From: Phallusia mammillata
Taxonomy: Eukaryota
DNA: 64,000 bases
Assembly (NCBI GenBank): GCA_965637545.1
Contig: OZ281494.1
Span: 12,524,001-12,588,000 of the forward strand
Direction of reading: 5' to 3'
In this document: one piece after another, positions 51,083 to 64,000 of the stretch
Layout of the letters: each line of letters starts with the position of its first letter
Position numbering within the stretch: the first letter of the stretch is position 1
The notes under the pieces: generated by a model
Database searches by the model: none
What the model was told of the DNA's origin: nothing
The model's input: the letters and a program-made list of their open reading frames with translations, nothing else
Position numbers and translations under genes: made by a program

Positions 51083-54000
51083 TTATGTAGCGATCGGATT
51101 TACGACTTTGCCGGCAAACAGCAATGCTCCTGTGGAATCGTGTCGTATAAAGTACATGAACGGTTTGTTGATGGGCCTAAAGTTGTTAACTGCAGATCGC
51201 GTCATAATTCCTATAGACGTAGCAGCCGCAGCCTCGACACCATCTTCTGCCACGTTGAACGATGTTTTGTGACGTACATCGTTGACGTAGAGGCCACCGG
51301 AATTAGTCAAGCGTGACAGATCAGCTGATTGGCGGTTGAATATATCTTGGATACCCATGCGGCTTAAAACTGACTTCAGATCGTCGATCGAATGATCAAT
51401 GTTAAATTTCGGGAGCGTGATTGCGCAGAGTCCGATGTCACGTGATCCTCGGCGTTCTTCTGCAATTAATAAGAAGTAAATGTAACGGAGTTATGTTCAC
51501 CAAATGGCAGAAACTGTACTGCGGTGTCAAACATTTGCACTATTTAAGATTTTTCGTAGATTTCACTCGATTTCAGTTAAAAGTTTTTATGAAAGCAAAT
51601 CTCACATAGCAACATTTTTTTTACATGACCAAACTCTTCAAAATTACATAACTCAAATTTGTAATGCGTTTTTTCACGCGTCTCTATGTTAATAATTTGA
51701 CTGAAAAGTATTTTACAAATTGATAGTTTCCACCAACCTCGCCATATTGATCGTACAATGTTGTCGAGTTTTTCCCTTGTACTTCCTTGCTCGTTGTCAT
51801 AGAAACGAGTAAAGTTTCCTGCCTGTTTTGGCATCACTAGCAGCATGCTGACGCCCTCTGGAGAGAACAAGTCATATTTGACATTTATGTTTGTTAAAAT
51901 TTAGTCAAATAAACGCAGACTTTAGTAGCTGTATCAAGTGGGTTTCCCAGTGCGGAGGTATATGTGCGTATATGCGTCTATAACGGCTTTCAGGTAAGCT
52001 TATATACACAACTATAGGATGGGTACAACGTTATTGTGACCAATCCGTATGTTTTTTCTCCACTTTACCGATTAAGTTTTGTTTTACGAATGTAAGCAGA
52101 ACGTAAACGCTCAATTGCTGCGTTTACATTAAAAATGCCTGTCTGCAGTAAAGACTGGTTAATGTGTCCAAAAAACGCATTTCCTTTTCGGTAGTCGTTA
52201 CACGCTGCTCACAACATTAAATCGACCAGTTCCAGGTACTATAGTCGTACACAAGTCTATGTTGTATTGTTTACACAACATGTCTGCCTTTTGTACAACA
52301 GTGCATGTCAGGCCCACACATATACATATTTCCGCATTTCATTCCATTGCGCTGCTTTGTTGGAAATCATTTACATAGACATATGCTCTGTAGTGTGTTT
52401 TTAAAGGAAGTAGTACAGTGGTATCTGCTACATATGTTTTGTGTGCACGTCTATCTTATTTGTTTTAGTGGTTAAAAGCATTTTCGATGTGTTGGCGTTG
52501 GTACAATAGTGCACCAGCTGCAAAGTATAGCAATGTTTCACATAAGGCGAGATATTACCCCGCCACGTGCAGTCATTTGTGGCGGTTCGCACAAAACAAA
52601 GTGATAAAATATGTTTACAAATATTTATAGGTCTTAAAACTAGCTTTACCTTCCAGTGTTAGGACAGTAATGTCGCTATCCGTGATTTCATCGCCGTGCG
52701 TTGTGCAGAAATACTGTTTATGGAACATGGTTGGCACTTGAATGGCAGTAGACTCACTCAGCCAGAATTTTCGCATTTTGGTGCCTTCCGGTTCGAACTT
52801 GGCTTGCCATGGCGCCTAATGACAAATCAAAAAAGTTTACGATCAGCAAGTTTTGCTTTGTTTCTGGGTTAATTTAACTTGGCTGACAGACGGTCTTTCT
52901 TGTAGCGCAGTGTTAGCTGCAAGGTTTTTGCGACTGTCTGCAGATTGAGATAAGGCAGCACGCAAGGTCTGCTTAAAGTTGAACAAGATATAGCCGTCCA
53001 CGCATTTAAATGCAGTTGAGCGTAGTCTGCTTAAGCTTCTGTTTTACTAACTTACCTTCATGTAAAGTGCGTTGACGAGTATGAGTTTTGTAGACTGGTC
53101 AACAGCGCCCTCAGGCAGCATTTCAGGAATCAGGTTTCGTGTTTTCTTCTTAACATAGCGGTTGATCTTTTGCCGACATTGTTCAAGTTTGTTTGTGAAA
53201 TCCATTCGGCGAACTTGTGTTGTGTTAAGACTGAAAAATTGTTGACGTGATTTTAAACGCTTGCAGCATGTTGGGTGTTTCGAAGAACCACATGATTTGT
53301 TATGTAAGATTCCTAGTCTACACCGCAGCATGCTCGAACCGGAAATACAAGCGCATAAGCCCGGTACTCACCTCATTTGTTTCCAGAGTTAGGCCCAAAC
53401 ATTAGATTAACCAATGAAGTTGGGACACTCATGTGACTGAAAGCAAAGTCCCAAACCTAACTTGATAAGGTCAGCCCGATGTACATAAATTTATAAGACA
53501 AGATGCTTTTCATATAATGTTTAAGCCATAAAGACTTCGGTGCCTACAGTTACCAAATGCCAATAAGCGAAATACAAAATAGACTTTGGTTACATTGAAT
53601 CTTGTTGCTTTTTTGTGATAAAGCAAAGTTGTACGAATTAGTTGCAACTTACCTCCGCTTCAGGTCGGTCCTGTATTGCCTTTTCAGCTTAACGCTCTTG
53701 TCGGCATAAATCCGGTTCGCATATCTCAATCGAAGTTTCTTGTTGGGTTTGAACACTTTGTCGTACATTTCGCAAATTTCCTCTTCATCCAAACCTTCCG
53801 TGTGCATGGCTGCGTTTACTTGCACCAATGACTCGCCTCCAAGACCTGCAAGATAATTTATATTACACAAAATGCAAAAATATTCGAACCCTATAACACA
53901 GGCTATAGATTATTCTATCCTACGCTTTGCCACATGGGAAAGCTTGGTGACCGGCTGATTCGGTATAACAACGCCTGTAATAGACCTGGCGTACTATAAT

Positions 54001-55333
54001 TCAAACTGCAAATGTTTTCTGTTTTCTTAAAACGATAAAAAGTAGTTAAACGACGGAAAATTGCTTTAGCCCGATCTCTAAAGTCAAAATAGAAATGTGG
54101 AAAAATAACAAAAAAAAGAAATAACAGCAGACATGTGGGCGGTAGGACCAGACGTTTATACATCCAACTAGAATAACCTAACTGAATAAACAACGCTTCC
54201 GTTTTATGCAAACGCCATAGGAAACTTTGGAAACACTGTTTACAGTTTACACAATTCAAGAGGAGGTTTTACGTTTGTCGGCATGCTCACCTGGTCTCAG
54301 CATAGCCAGTGCTGTATACATAGATAGTGGCGATACGGCTGTGTTGCCTGGCAACTGGTCAGCTGCCATGCTGTTCATGAGGTCACAGGCGAAGTCTTGA
54401 ACTGATTTAGCGGCTGGCAATGTGATTGGTCGTCTTTTTACGACTGTTTCTGGCTTTTGCTGATGTTGGTGTCCTGGTATCACCTGGGAAAAAATGTTTT
54501 TAGTTTTGATGTTAACGAAAAGTTTTTAAATTTGGATTATAGACTAAAAAGTTTTTAGTTTTAATACAAAATTGTGTTAGCTGCGTCTCTGGTTGTTATT
54601 CATTGTCAATGCTAAGGAGTGCACTTTTTCTTATCTTTGATCTTTGCGAAATTATGCGAAAAGCTAAATTAAGCATTTGGCTAATGTGTGGTGTCTAGGC
54701 TAAGTTGTATTAAATATTTAGATACTCGTGCAGCGATACAGGATCTTGTAGACTAAACACTGAACGTGTTTACGTCCTATCTTATATTTAGATTTTATTC
54801 AAAAGGAGCATGAAATTGAATTGACTGTAATGTCTAAAATCAATTTTCGATCGATTTAAAATAGCTTTTATGGAGTAGAGCTAAAAATTCCGCATGTCAT
54901 AAATGTCCGCGAATCGATTCCATTACACATGTGTATAAATAAGCGTAACATGTCATGTCAGCAAATTCTCCTTACCTGTGGGTCGGTGCTGTAGTCGTAG
55001 AGGTCGTAACCTAGTAAACAAACCACGTGATAAAATTTTTGCCAGTCCACTATAATGCAATGCCATTCAAATTTGAACATGGAATAATCGCGAACTAATA
55101 CCGAGATTGGCTAAAACAAAATTAAAATATAAAAACAAATATGGCAGCTCTAAGAATGTAAGTTATATTATTCAATCACTTGTTCTTACTAGTTTTTCTT
55201 GTAAAAAGGCAACTAGCATTTCTTGAAATCTTATTGTAATTTACTTACCACCTTCGGTGTACAAAGTCTCGTAGTCGAATGCGTTGACGAAGGAAAAGAC
55301 TGTACAGAAAATTGTGAGATGTTTCCAGTCCAT
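51083..55333 (-). CDS. Secreted serpin B, 8 exons, about 447 aa, predicted P1-P1' Arg-Ser, acidic Tyr-rich N-terminal extension
   Basis: Exons 55333-55249, 55010-54976, 54483-54291, 53845-53653, 53230-53056, 52815-52650, 51857-51738, 51459-51083, in phase. Signal peptide MDWKHLTIFCTVFSFVNA. NTAVSPLSM, ANRIY, LILVNALYMKAPW..KF, LPKF, hinge/RCL AEDGVEAAAATSIGIMTRSA, INKPFMYFIRH. AATAAA (-) at about 50759. Confidence 0.93.
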
Positions 55334-58300
55334 TCTTCTTGAAATTTGCAGCAAAAATCTGGTTATAAGACTAAATAATCTACAAATGTATTCTGCAAAA
55401 ATATAGCATGGTTAGGTTTAGGTTAGACTGTGGAATAATTCTAATCTTATAAAATCTTAACCTTGTTCCCCTGAACTGTTGGATTTTCATTTCAAAACAT
55501 TAATTTTTATTAGAAAACTTTAACCACAAAGCTTCAAAACTGTTTTAATTTTTTTTTCAATCCTGCTCAGATAAAAACACGATGTCAGGACTTGACTTTT
55601 CAAGTGACAATGGCACTGTTTAGAAAAATGTCAACGCAACAAAAAATGTTTCGTCAAACTGCCCGCGAAAATCAATAAATTGGCTGCAAAATATTTCCAG
55701 ATATATGCAGTCACGCATGGGCCAGAGTTAAGAGAGAAAATTCACGTCTCGCGAATCCGATACCCACCCTCTTGAAACCTTTTCACGCCTTCCGAGGGTT
55801 TACATCCGAATCAGATGCGATTCAAGCATCAGGCATTTAAGCACCCAATAATTTAGGCAATGAAGCTACGGAAATACGTACTTTGCTGGCCGCCAATTCA
55901 ACTTTACATTCAATAGGTTTGTTTTACAATACCTGTCTCTACCCATGATTTGTCAAAATAAACTATATTTGGCTTCGTTTCATGTTCGTTTCCACGAACT
56001 GTGGTGTATTGAATCGGGTTGCATGTCCCATGCTACAACGCCTAACCCCAAGCTGACTTTAATGAACTTTTGCTACTGTGCAGAAGTAGGTCACTTTGAA
56101 CTGCACGTGTGCTAAAATTCCCTATATTTTCTTGTAGGATTAATATTTCTAACTTAAGTTGTAAAATTGTCCAGTTGTTTTTCCTTTTCTTTTACACACA
56201 GCAACTTTTCTTCTATACGGTAGACCGTTACCACTTTAAGGTTGTTGGTCAAAACGCAACCGTTAATTTAGTATTTTAGTTGGTAGCATAAGACGCAAAC
56301 CACTCAAAAATTCAAAAGTCCAGTAGTGTACAATTTCCATTTTAACATCTTGCTCTCCTGTCTGTCTGACTGATTTTAATGGTTGCAAAATTCTTCTACG
56401 TTTGTAACAAAATGTTCGCTATTTATATTATCCAGTTGCTGATTTTTTAGGTTAAAAAATGTCGGATTAAGATGTTCTCCACACGCTACATCGTAATTGC
56501 CGCCGTACAGACCACACACCTCTTAATAACGACCACCGCAGTTCGCAATGTACGCAACGTTTTTAAGTGGCCCAAGGTGATTTCCTTATTGTCATCTTTA
56601 TCTCTGCTTACGAGTAATCAACAACCGAACGAGCGCGATTCTCGGTGTTGATGGTTTAAGTCTTAAGTTGACCTTGCTGCTTTTATTCTGCAAGTAACTG
56701 CGGTTTACCAACATTAAAACAATTCAATCGGTAAACTCATCGTTTATAAAACTTTATACGCTTTATAAAACTACCTGACGTTGCCTTAAGATTGCATTCA
56801 ATACTGAAAATCTACAACCTTGTTTGTGCGAGCAAGGACAGATAAAACAAAATATTTTCCATACTTTGCGGCAATATTTTTCGTCTTAAATTAGACTAGA
56901 AGAGCGGTTTATCTTCAGAAATCAAATTTATCCGTTGATATGTTTACACCTCGTCGGATATACCGGATATTGAACGAATCAACAGGCGTTAATCTTCGAA
57001 CACACAAACACATTGAAAGGCTTTTGACATACCTTGGGCAAATTTTGTGGCTTTTGTTTCGAGATAACTGCATAGGAATTTCATTTTCACGTAAATGCGA
57101 TCGTTTCATACAAACATGTCTGTGAGTTAAGCGCGCGAAGAATTTGACATTTTTGCAATTTGAGTTTACAGTTCTACAATCGTTACCAAAAATGCAAAAA
57201 CTATGAACGAAAGAACCTGCCAACAAAACAAAAATACCACTGAAGTCATAATGCAAAAGCCCATCCTTTGAGGCGACGTTTTTAAACCAACCACAAAAAT
57301 TACAAAACTTCCAAGATTTTCCAAGACAACATTTTAAAGAACCTTCGCCTTTACCTACCTGATGCAAATTTGACTGGTTGGTTTACACTGTGCCCCTGTC
57401 TTGAATAGCAGTAATACATTTTCCTTACCGCCACTCCCCCTCTCTACCTTTCAACTAAACCGCTTAGGCAAAACACCTGTGCCTTCTTAACAGTCAATCA
57501 AATTAATCCCAAAATTACATCCTAATCTTACAAATTGGCAAAAAAAACGTTAGTAGTTATCGCGTTGCGAAGAATACCTACAAATTGACCGTTTAGTGCG
57601 CTACTGGGCGATATAATGACTTTAATTTGATTGTCACTAGACCAATTTGGCGAAACTACAACTTTGTGACATAAAACTGCCGTGTACCAGCACCTGTTAA
57701 ATTTTTGGACGGTTTTCAAACTTTCAAAAATCATCCCAAAATTCACAAAGTTGTTCAAAAATCACCACAATTTTAAAAACATTTTGATTTTAAGGACCGT
57801 AGCAACTAGCAACGTTTACATTTGACAAACAACGACATGAAAGCAAGCTGCATGAAACTCATTTGAAACCAACTTTATTCGCATACAAATTGATAACCAT
57901 CCCAACAAAAACTCCTTCAAGTTTAAGCGCCGACTTTTTTGTTGTCTCAACCCTCTTGTCTGTTGCAGTTTATATGGCTCAGCTTATCATACCACCCCAC
58001 GCCGCTTTTGCGTCACCAGTCAACACTAGAAAATCTCGACAAATAACTTAAATTTCATTCACTCCCACACGCCGAGCTCCTATGAAGTTCCCTCGAAACC
58101 TGGTGAAGTTCTCCCTGCGTCATGAGGCCTTGTGACGTCACATTGGGTTTGCAAACAACTTTTATGAATGAAGACATGCGCGGTGGCTGACGTCTTGACG
58201 ATAGCGGGACACATTTTTCGCTTCCTAATCTTTGCTGAATTTGTCTAACTTATCTTGTGCACCTTAAGCAAAGGCCTGACCTTCCTACAATCAAGATAAG

Positions 58301-60304
58301 ACACGAAATACTTTACTCTAATACACAAGTGTTGACATTGTAAGACCGGTTTCTAAGTCGGATTCAAGAACAGCTTTTCAGAATTTTTAAATATTTATAG
58401 TACACTTATCTTACAGTGACGTCATAAGTTTGCTATGATGTCACAGACGGGCAAAATCCAATACTTTTTTAAACTGAAAGAAAGTAAACCTTATTAGAAC
58501 AATAACAGCACGAAGTTATTAAAACCTATTGCGGTCATAAATGTCACTATATTCTAAGAAACCTCCCACGGAGTTCATTACGGATCGTAAGGGGAAATGT
58601 GACCTTAAGTACCCCGCTTTATGACGCATTGTATTCTCACGGTTAGCGTCAAAGTCTAAAATAAATTTGAATTCACACGGTTATCTTTCCGCGTTTGAAG
58701 CACTATACAGTTGAAATAGAGGTTTTCTTTAGGTTTTTGATTTTTTTATTGCTGTAATTCTTTGGGGAGATGTAGTGCAAATTTGCTAACCGGCTATTTT
58801 TGTATAAATTGAGATGGCTTTATTGTTTTCCTTCCAGCGATGTGCCATATTTTCGTTCTGTCTTCAATTCGGCCGAGATTGGGCATTTTTATAGTTTTTC
58901 GGTTTCGTTGCAAAAGCCGAAAAACTACCCTTTAAATAACATAGCGTTACATGAGTGGTTTGTAGGAATTCCAGCACAACTCTTTTTTACTAAATTGTTT
59001 TACGTAGTCCCTGTCTATGCAACACCAAGACGATTCTAAAAATACGCACAAAATAATATAATATAGTTGTAAGTCGTAGCTACAGTTATGATATTTCGGA
59101 ATATAAAAACAAATGTACGCTGTCAAAACATCTACATAAAAATATCCTAATTTAATTATATCTGTCCACATACACTCAAGCATTTTTTTAGCTAGATGCA
59201 TAGCTCATGTCAATGCTCTGTTTTAAAAGCATAACTATGCCTACTGTCTAAAGTTTTTCCAACATCGGTTTACAATTTAGACTACTCTGTGATGGTCGCG
59301 TAAACATGCTGGACACAAACAGAGAACCAGGGCAATGACGTGGCACTCTGTCTACATCACGTGTACGACACTTATTTATTGCACCCAGTGTTATAGGAAC
59401 AAACTGTTTACAAGCTAATGCAATTGCTCGTGGGTAGAAATGCTAAGTTGGGACCACCATGCGTTCACGCTTGTGATCACCTTGATGATGGCAGCATAGA
59501 CCTAAGGAGGAAACCGTTTTCACCCACAAAACAACAGACAGACTTAGTTTACCAGCTGTTGTTTTTGGCCCAACACTTGATCTCCCGTAAGTAGCATACC
59601 AAGATAAAACGATGCTATCTGTCACCAGCACATATGGCGGCCTGAACTTAAAACCTCCTGGGAGGCGGACGCATATGGATGATATTGATTTTAAGCTGTC
59701 GATTTCTGCCGACTTTTTACGGCTGTTTATCATCTTTTACCACACTAGATGCGTCTGTTAAATTTCAATTCAAGTTTGACCTTTTTAAGTTCAAGTAGAA
59801 GACTTGTGCACAAAACCCGCGTGACTTTACGAAAACATATTTGTGCGTTTCAAGTTTAAGTTTTAAAATTGGTTGGATTTTGCTTTATTTATTTGCTACA
59901 GATTGCTTTTTAATTAATTTAATATTTGCTCTGATGTACATTTGAGTCCTGGAGACAAATTCTTATCTACACAGACAATCCTAGCCCGGCGTTTTAAATG
60001 TTTAACATTTTTTTCGAAACAGTGGTGGTGCGTTGCTAATTAATGTGTACATGCGTATGTGGAGCGCCAGGCCTCACAGAAGATGTCGTCATAAGTGTTT
60101 ATGTCGTCTTGAGATGCGTTTTTGTGTCTTGTCGATACGTTTACGAAGCCCTATGCCTTGTAGTATATAGAAGAGTAGTGGTTAAATTAAGTTGGTTCTT
60201 TGTATGTGCAACCGTCTTTTTCTTTCCCCAAAATTGATTCCATACAAATCTTGACTTCGTTTTGACTTGATTCAACATACCAAATAATCACGCTATTTTT
60301 TTAG

Positions 60305-63300
60305 GATCCACCTCCTTCTATTGGCGAGTATAGCGCATTTCCATCTGCGACCCAAGCATCTGCACCCGCTCCCACCTTGTCTGTTGACACAAAGTGTTTT
60401 GTTCAACTGAGTAAATGTGACGATCTTTTAAGTCCAAACTCCTACAACTCTCTTATTTCGGGGAAAAGATCCCAGAAGGAAGCATTCCAATCTGCAGAGA
60501 AAAAAGAGCAACTGGAAAAGATTTCCCCACACCAGAATGAGGACCGCCTATCTCCGAATAGCGAAATCTACCCCAGTCAGGAGATACTTACTCCGCTAAG
60601 AAAACCCACATTACAAATTAAACGCCTGGAGGAAACTTTTGGGGACGGAGAAATTGAACCACCTGTCCGTGTTATCCCAGTTGACCCCGATAGTTCGTCG
60701 GATTCTGAAAAAAGTTTAGATTCGCCAAATTCACCGAGTGACAAGAAAGAGGGGATGACGTCATATATGAAAATGACGTCATCTGACGCGACGCCTAATC
60801 TGTTTGAGAAGCTGCGTTCGACACATCCGACGGTTGAGGTTTCGAATCCCGTCCCAGCCGAGACTTCGTCGGCAATTCGTCAGCTTTTTCCCGAACCAAT
60901 TGAGACAAAATTCGAAATCCTAGCTGATGACGTGCACATGACGTACCGCCATGTCACAACTAAGCCAACACGCATGTCCGAAATCACCGTTCCTGCTGCG
61001 CTGAAGGCCAAACACGAACAAATTAAACGGTTTTTAAAGTTATTGAGGTAATAAATAATTTTAGAAGTTGTCAACTAAAAACGTTACGGTTGACCGCACA
61101 AAGCTCGTTATGCTAAACCGCTTTGAATTTTAAACACAAATTTCCACAGCCCCGTTACTGACAAGAGAAAGCCAAAAAATGATGACGTCGTAATCGATTG
61201 TGACGCAATTGATGACGAAGAAGTTGCCTCCCGATTTGGTAAGACGGAAATGTCGATGGTGGAAAGGTTTGCAGAAGCGGAGCACACAAGATCAGTCATC
61301 TTTATCTGTAACAACTTCCTTTCAGCTGAATCTTATCCTCCACCTGACCTTATCTATCTGCTCATGAAAAAATATATCCTGGTAAAAAAAACTTTTTTAA
61401 ATAAACTTCTCAATCAGGATTCATATATTTTAACAAATAACGACTGATATTATTTGTGCAACACAGGTGACCAAGACGATTGGCAAACTTGTTTTTAACG
61501 CATTGTCTACAGTCAAATTATAATCGCCTAAATTAAAACAACCTGACTAACAGCATACAACACTGCAAAACAAAACTATAGTGTCGCGACAAACTTTTCT
61601 AACCTATGAAGATTTTTCAGCAGCGCTAATGCAACTTTGCCAAGAAACTGGCTTCAAACCCTCATTCATCTAAATATTTTGCTCCTTAGGATTCCAACGA
61701 CCTCAATGAATCTTTTCAGGCACTGGCCTTCCTTCACACAACCTTACTTCTTCACCCACCCTCTGCACCCTACATTCGTCATGATGACGTATATCAAAAG
61801 GTATGTGCATGACGTCATCATGTCTTTCTGATGTCTGCAGACTAGACACGCCCTTAGACTATATTGTTTGCATTTTTGATTTCAGTCTCGTTTTTGGCAT
61901 CGGAGTTTGATAAATCTAATTGAAATAGACGTAGTGATTCAACGTTATAACAACAGCGGTTTATTCACTGCCCAGGGAGTAATGAGTAGGTGGTTATTAA
62001 ACCTAGTTGAAACCTGCACTCGTATTGTTCCACCGGTCAAGCACGTCCGGTCGTATGTCGTGATTCATTTTCATTGAATAGAACTTTTTACGCCCAAAAG
62101 AGTGGGTTTGTTTCTTTTTCTTGAAAAATGATACATCGCTGTATGTTGCCGTTTTTCAGATTGAAATAAAAGCAACTGCGTTCGTTTGTTTTTACTATTG
62201 CGCACTTGCTAAAATCCAAAACTGTGTGACTTTAAATGAACGTTAGGGTCATTATAGCATTTTAGATGTACTGCATATATTTTTGCGTGATATTTGACAC
62301 TAAATCTTCACAAATTATACACAGGGACATAGGAGTTTGACTGCAAAAAGAAAATGCTTCTTGCCACTTAGAGCAATTTTAAACGAGTAAAAATTAAAAG
62401 CAAGTGTAATTTTAACTGTTTAGTTATCAGATTTACTAATTGCACGCGGTTTTTTAAAGGCATTGGGTATGTCATCTTCAACTGATTCAAGTCTCCTCAG
62501 CGCCACCAAGTTGAACCTGCACGGGTCAAAGTTCATATGGAATCAGCCGCGGGAAGAATCTCATGAGTGGAGCTTTGTTTCTACGACCATAAAGTATAAA
62601 CAGTTCTTCTTTCCCTGACGCAGAAAATAAACTTACGACTTTTATATGTTTAGACAAGCTATAAACTGCAGTGATCCTAAGCGTCGGAAGATAGCAGTAA
62701 GTTTGTTTTCGTATCTCGCCAACGTTTTGGAACAGGACAGTCGATTATTACGTCAAATGCTATGGCCGCGGTCTCGATCTGTCCGTCAGTCGACTGCTTT
62801 GCGAGAATTGTTGAATTTGTACCGTGACGTCATCGATATCACGGCTCCTACGACACCATCGTTAGAGGTAACTTCAAATATGCTGTTGTAGTTTTTTCTA
62901 TCTCAAGTTGCCTGTTGTCGTTGCAGAATTTTACCCAAGCTGAAGATGACGATATTATTGTACAAGACATCCCCGACGATGATTTTGAGGATAAAACACA
63001 AGGTATAATAAGTAAGGTGTATATTTAGTTTTATGAGGAACACATCTAGTGTATTTTCTTGCACCTCAGGAAGTATCCGCCCTAAACGTATTTGGCGATT
63101 GATTACTCTTCTCATTAACCGTTAAACATCAGTTAGTGTACACAAAATGGAAATTTTTTGTTCGTTTACCTGTTATATCAGAATGTCGTCTAAAAACATT
63201 CATGCAACCTGTTGATAAATTAAAATTATCGCCACGTCAACAACCTATACAAGCTGTCGTCATTGCGTCTGGATAGATAACGTAGCTTCAGGAGATGATT

Positions 63301-63910
63301 TTGAGGACACAAGTTCACTGTCCACGGAAACTTGCTTTAGCTTGGGAAAGGTAGTGAATGCGATTTGCGACATGGTCTTACAAGGTAACTGTTTATCCTC
63401 TTTGTGGTTTCGGGCCCGCTGTTTGCAATTTTTTCATTAAATTACTTTTTGTTACGTATCAATCGTTGCCAACTGCAAATCATTTGTTAACAAAGCTTAT
63501 CATGTAAAAAAGTTTTTTAGTCGTTTTCTGATACAAACACTGATTCGAACTGAAGGAGCAGAAACTTGCCATTTATGACTCATGTAGTTGTTTTCCAAGA
63601 TAAAATCTGTGCCTGTATTGTTTTACTGAATGTTGAACGCCTATACACATGTTTGTCACTTTTTTCAGTTAATTTAAATAAATGCTGCTTTACATAAAGG
63701 AAGTCGAGAAACATTTTATTTCAATTTATCTAGAAAACCCCGAATCTATCGACGTTATAATTCAGTGTTTGTCCGAATCGTTTAAGGAGGCGAACCCTTT
63801 AACCCTGGGTTGGTTATTTCGTGAACTTCAGCCGTTGATTTTCGTCCGCATGGCCCGTTTAATGTTGTATCAGATGTGTAAAGAAGAAAGGACACAATCC
63901 ACCCGAAATG
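60305..63910 (+). CDS. SLF1: SLF1/SIMC1-like, exons 7 onward: disordered linker + Nse5-like helical domain; continues past the window
   Basis: Exons 60305-61047, 61150-61381, 61690-61800, 62460-62593, 62654-62867, 62927-63002, about 63286-63384 (several in-frame acceptors), 63734-63910, in phase. YPPPDLIYLLMKKYIL-DSND..FLHTTLLLHPP resembles SLF1 YIPPVCVLHALLENVL..LSALLHLHPP as recalled. No ankyrin repeats are visible inside the window. Confidence 0.72.
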
Positions 63911-64000
63911 GTAAAAGGTGTTTGTAAATAAGAGGTGTTTGTAATTATTATATTTACTTATTTTTCTGTGTCGTTTTGGTGTGTTTTGTAGCTTTAGAAA

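Noticed and set aside
56915-59733. ORFs 56915-57367 and 59443-59733
   Set aside because: No domain motifs or splice-consistent partners; lengths are compatible with chance.

Overview
AT-rich, intron-containing animal genomic DNA. Compact genes, short introns, many hAT MITEs and patchy CpG depletion suggest an invertebrate chordate such as an ascidian; this is inference. I built gene models by hand from GT-AG junctions with consistent phases. Left to right: (1) a secreted reeler + polyproline stalk + MAM protein (+, 5779-8371); (2) an intronless Aurora kinase (-); (3) a 17-exon NEK8 (-); (4) an intronless orphan ORF with two ribbon-helix-helix-like motifs (-); (5) intronless NUP35 (-), where NUP35-orphan-NEK8 are packed like an operon; (6) a decayed Mutator/Foldback-like DNA transposon with 392-bp inverted repeats carrying a Ulp1-like protease and a PHD finger; (7) an SLF1-like SMC5/6 loader gene (+, 25084 to beyond the window end). 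The BRCT exons of SLF1 appear to splice across a 29.4-kb intron that holds two antisense secreted serpin genes, both with P1 Arg. One serpin has an acidic Tyr-rich N-terminal tail and a basic patch reminiscent of heparin cofactor II. The strongest leads are the nested SLF1/serpin locus, SIM-like motifs suggesting an SLF1/SIMC1 hybrid, the HCII-like serpin, the protease+PHD transposon at a divergent promoter, and the RHH-like orphan. No database searches were run.
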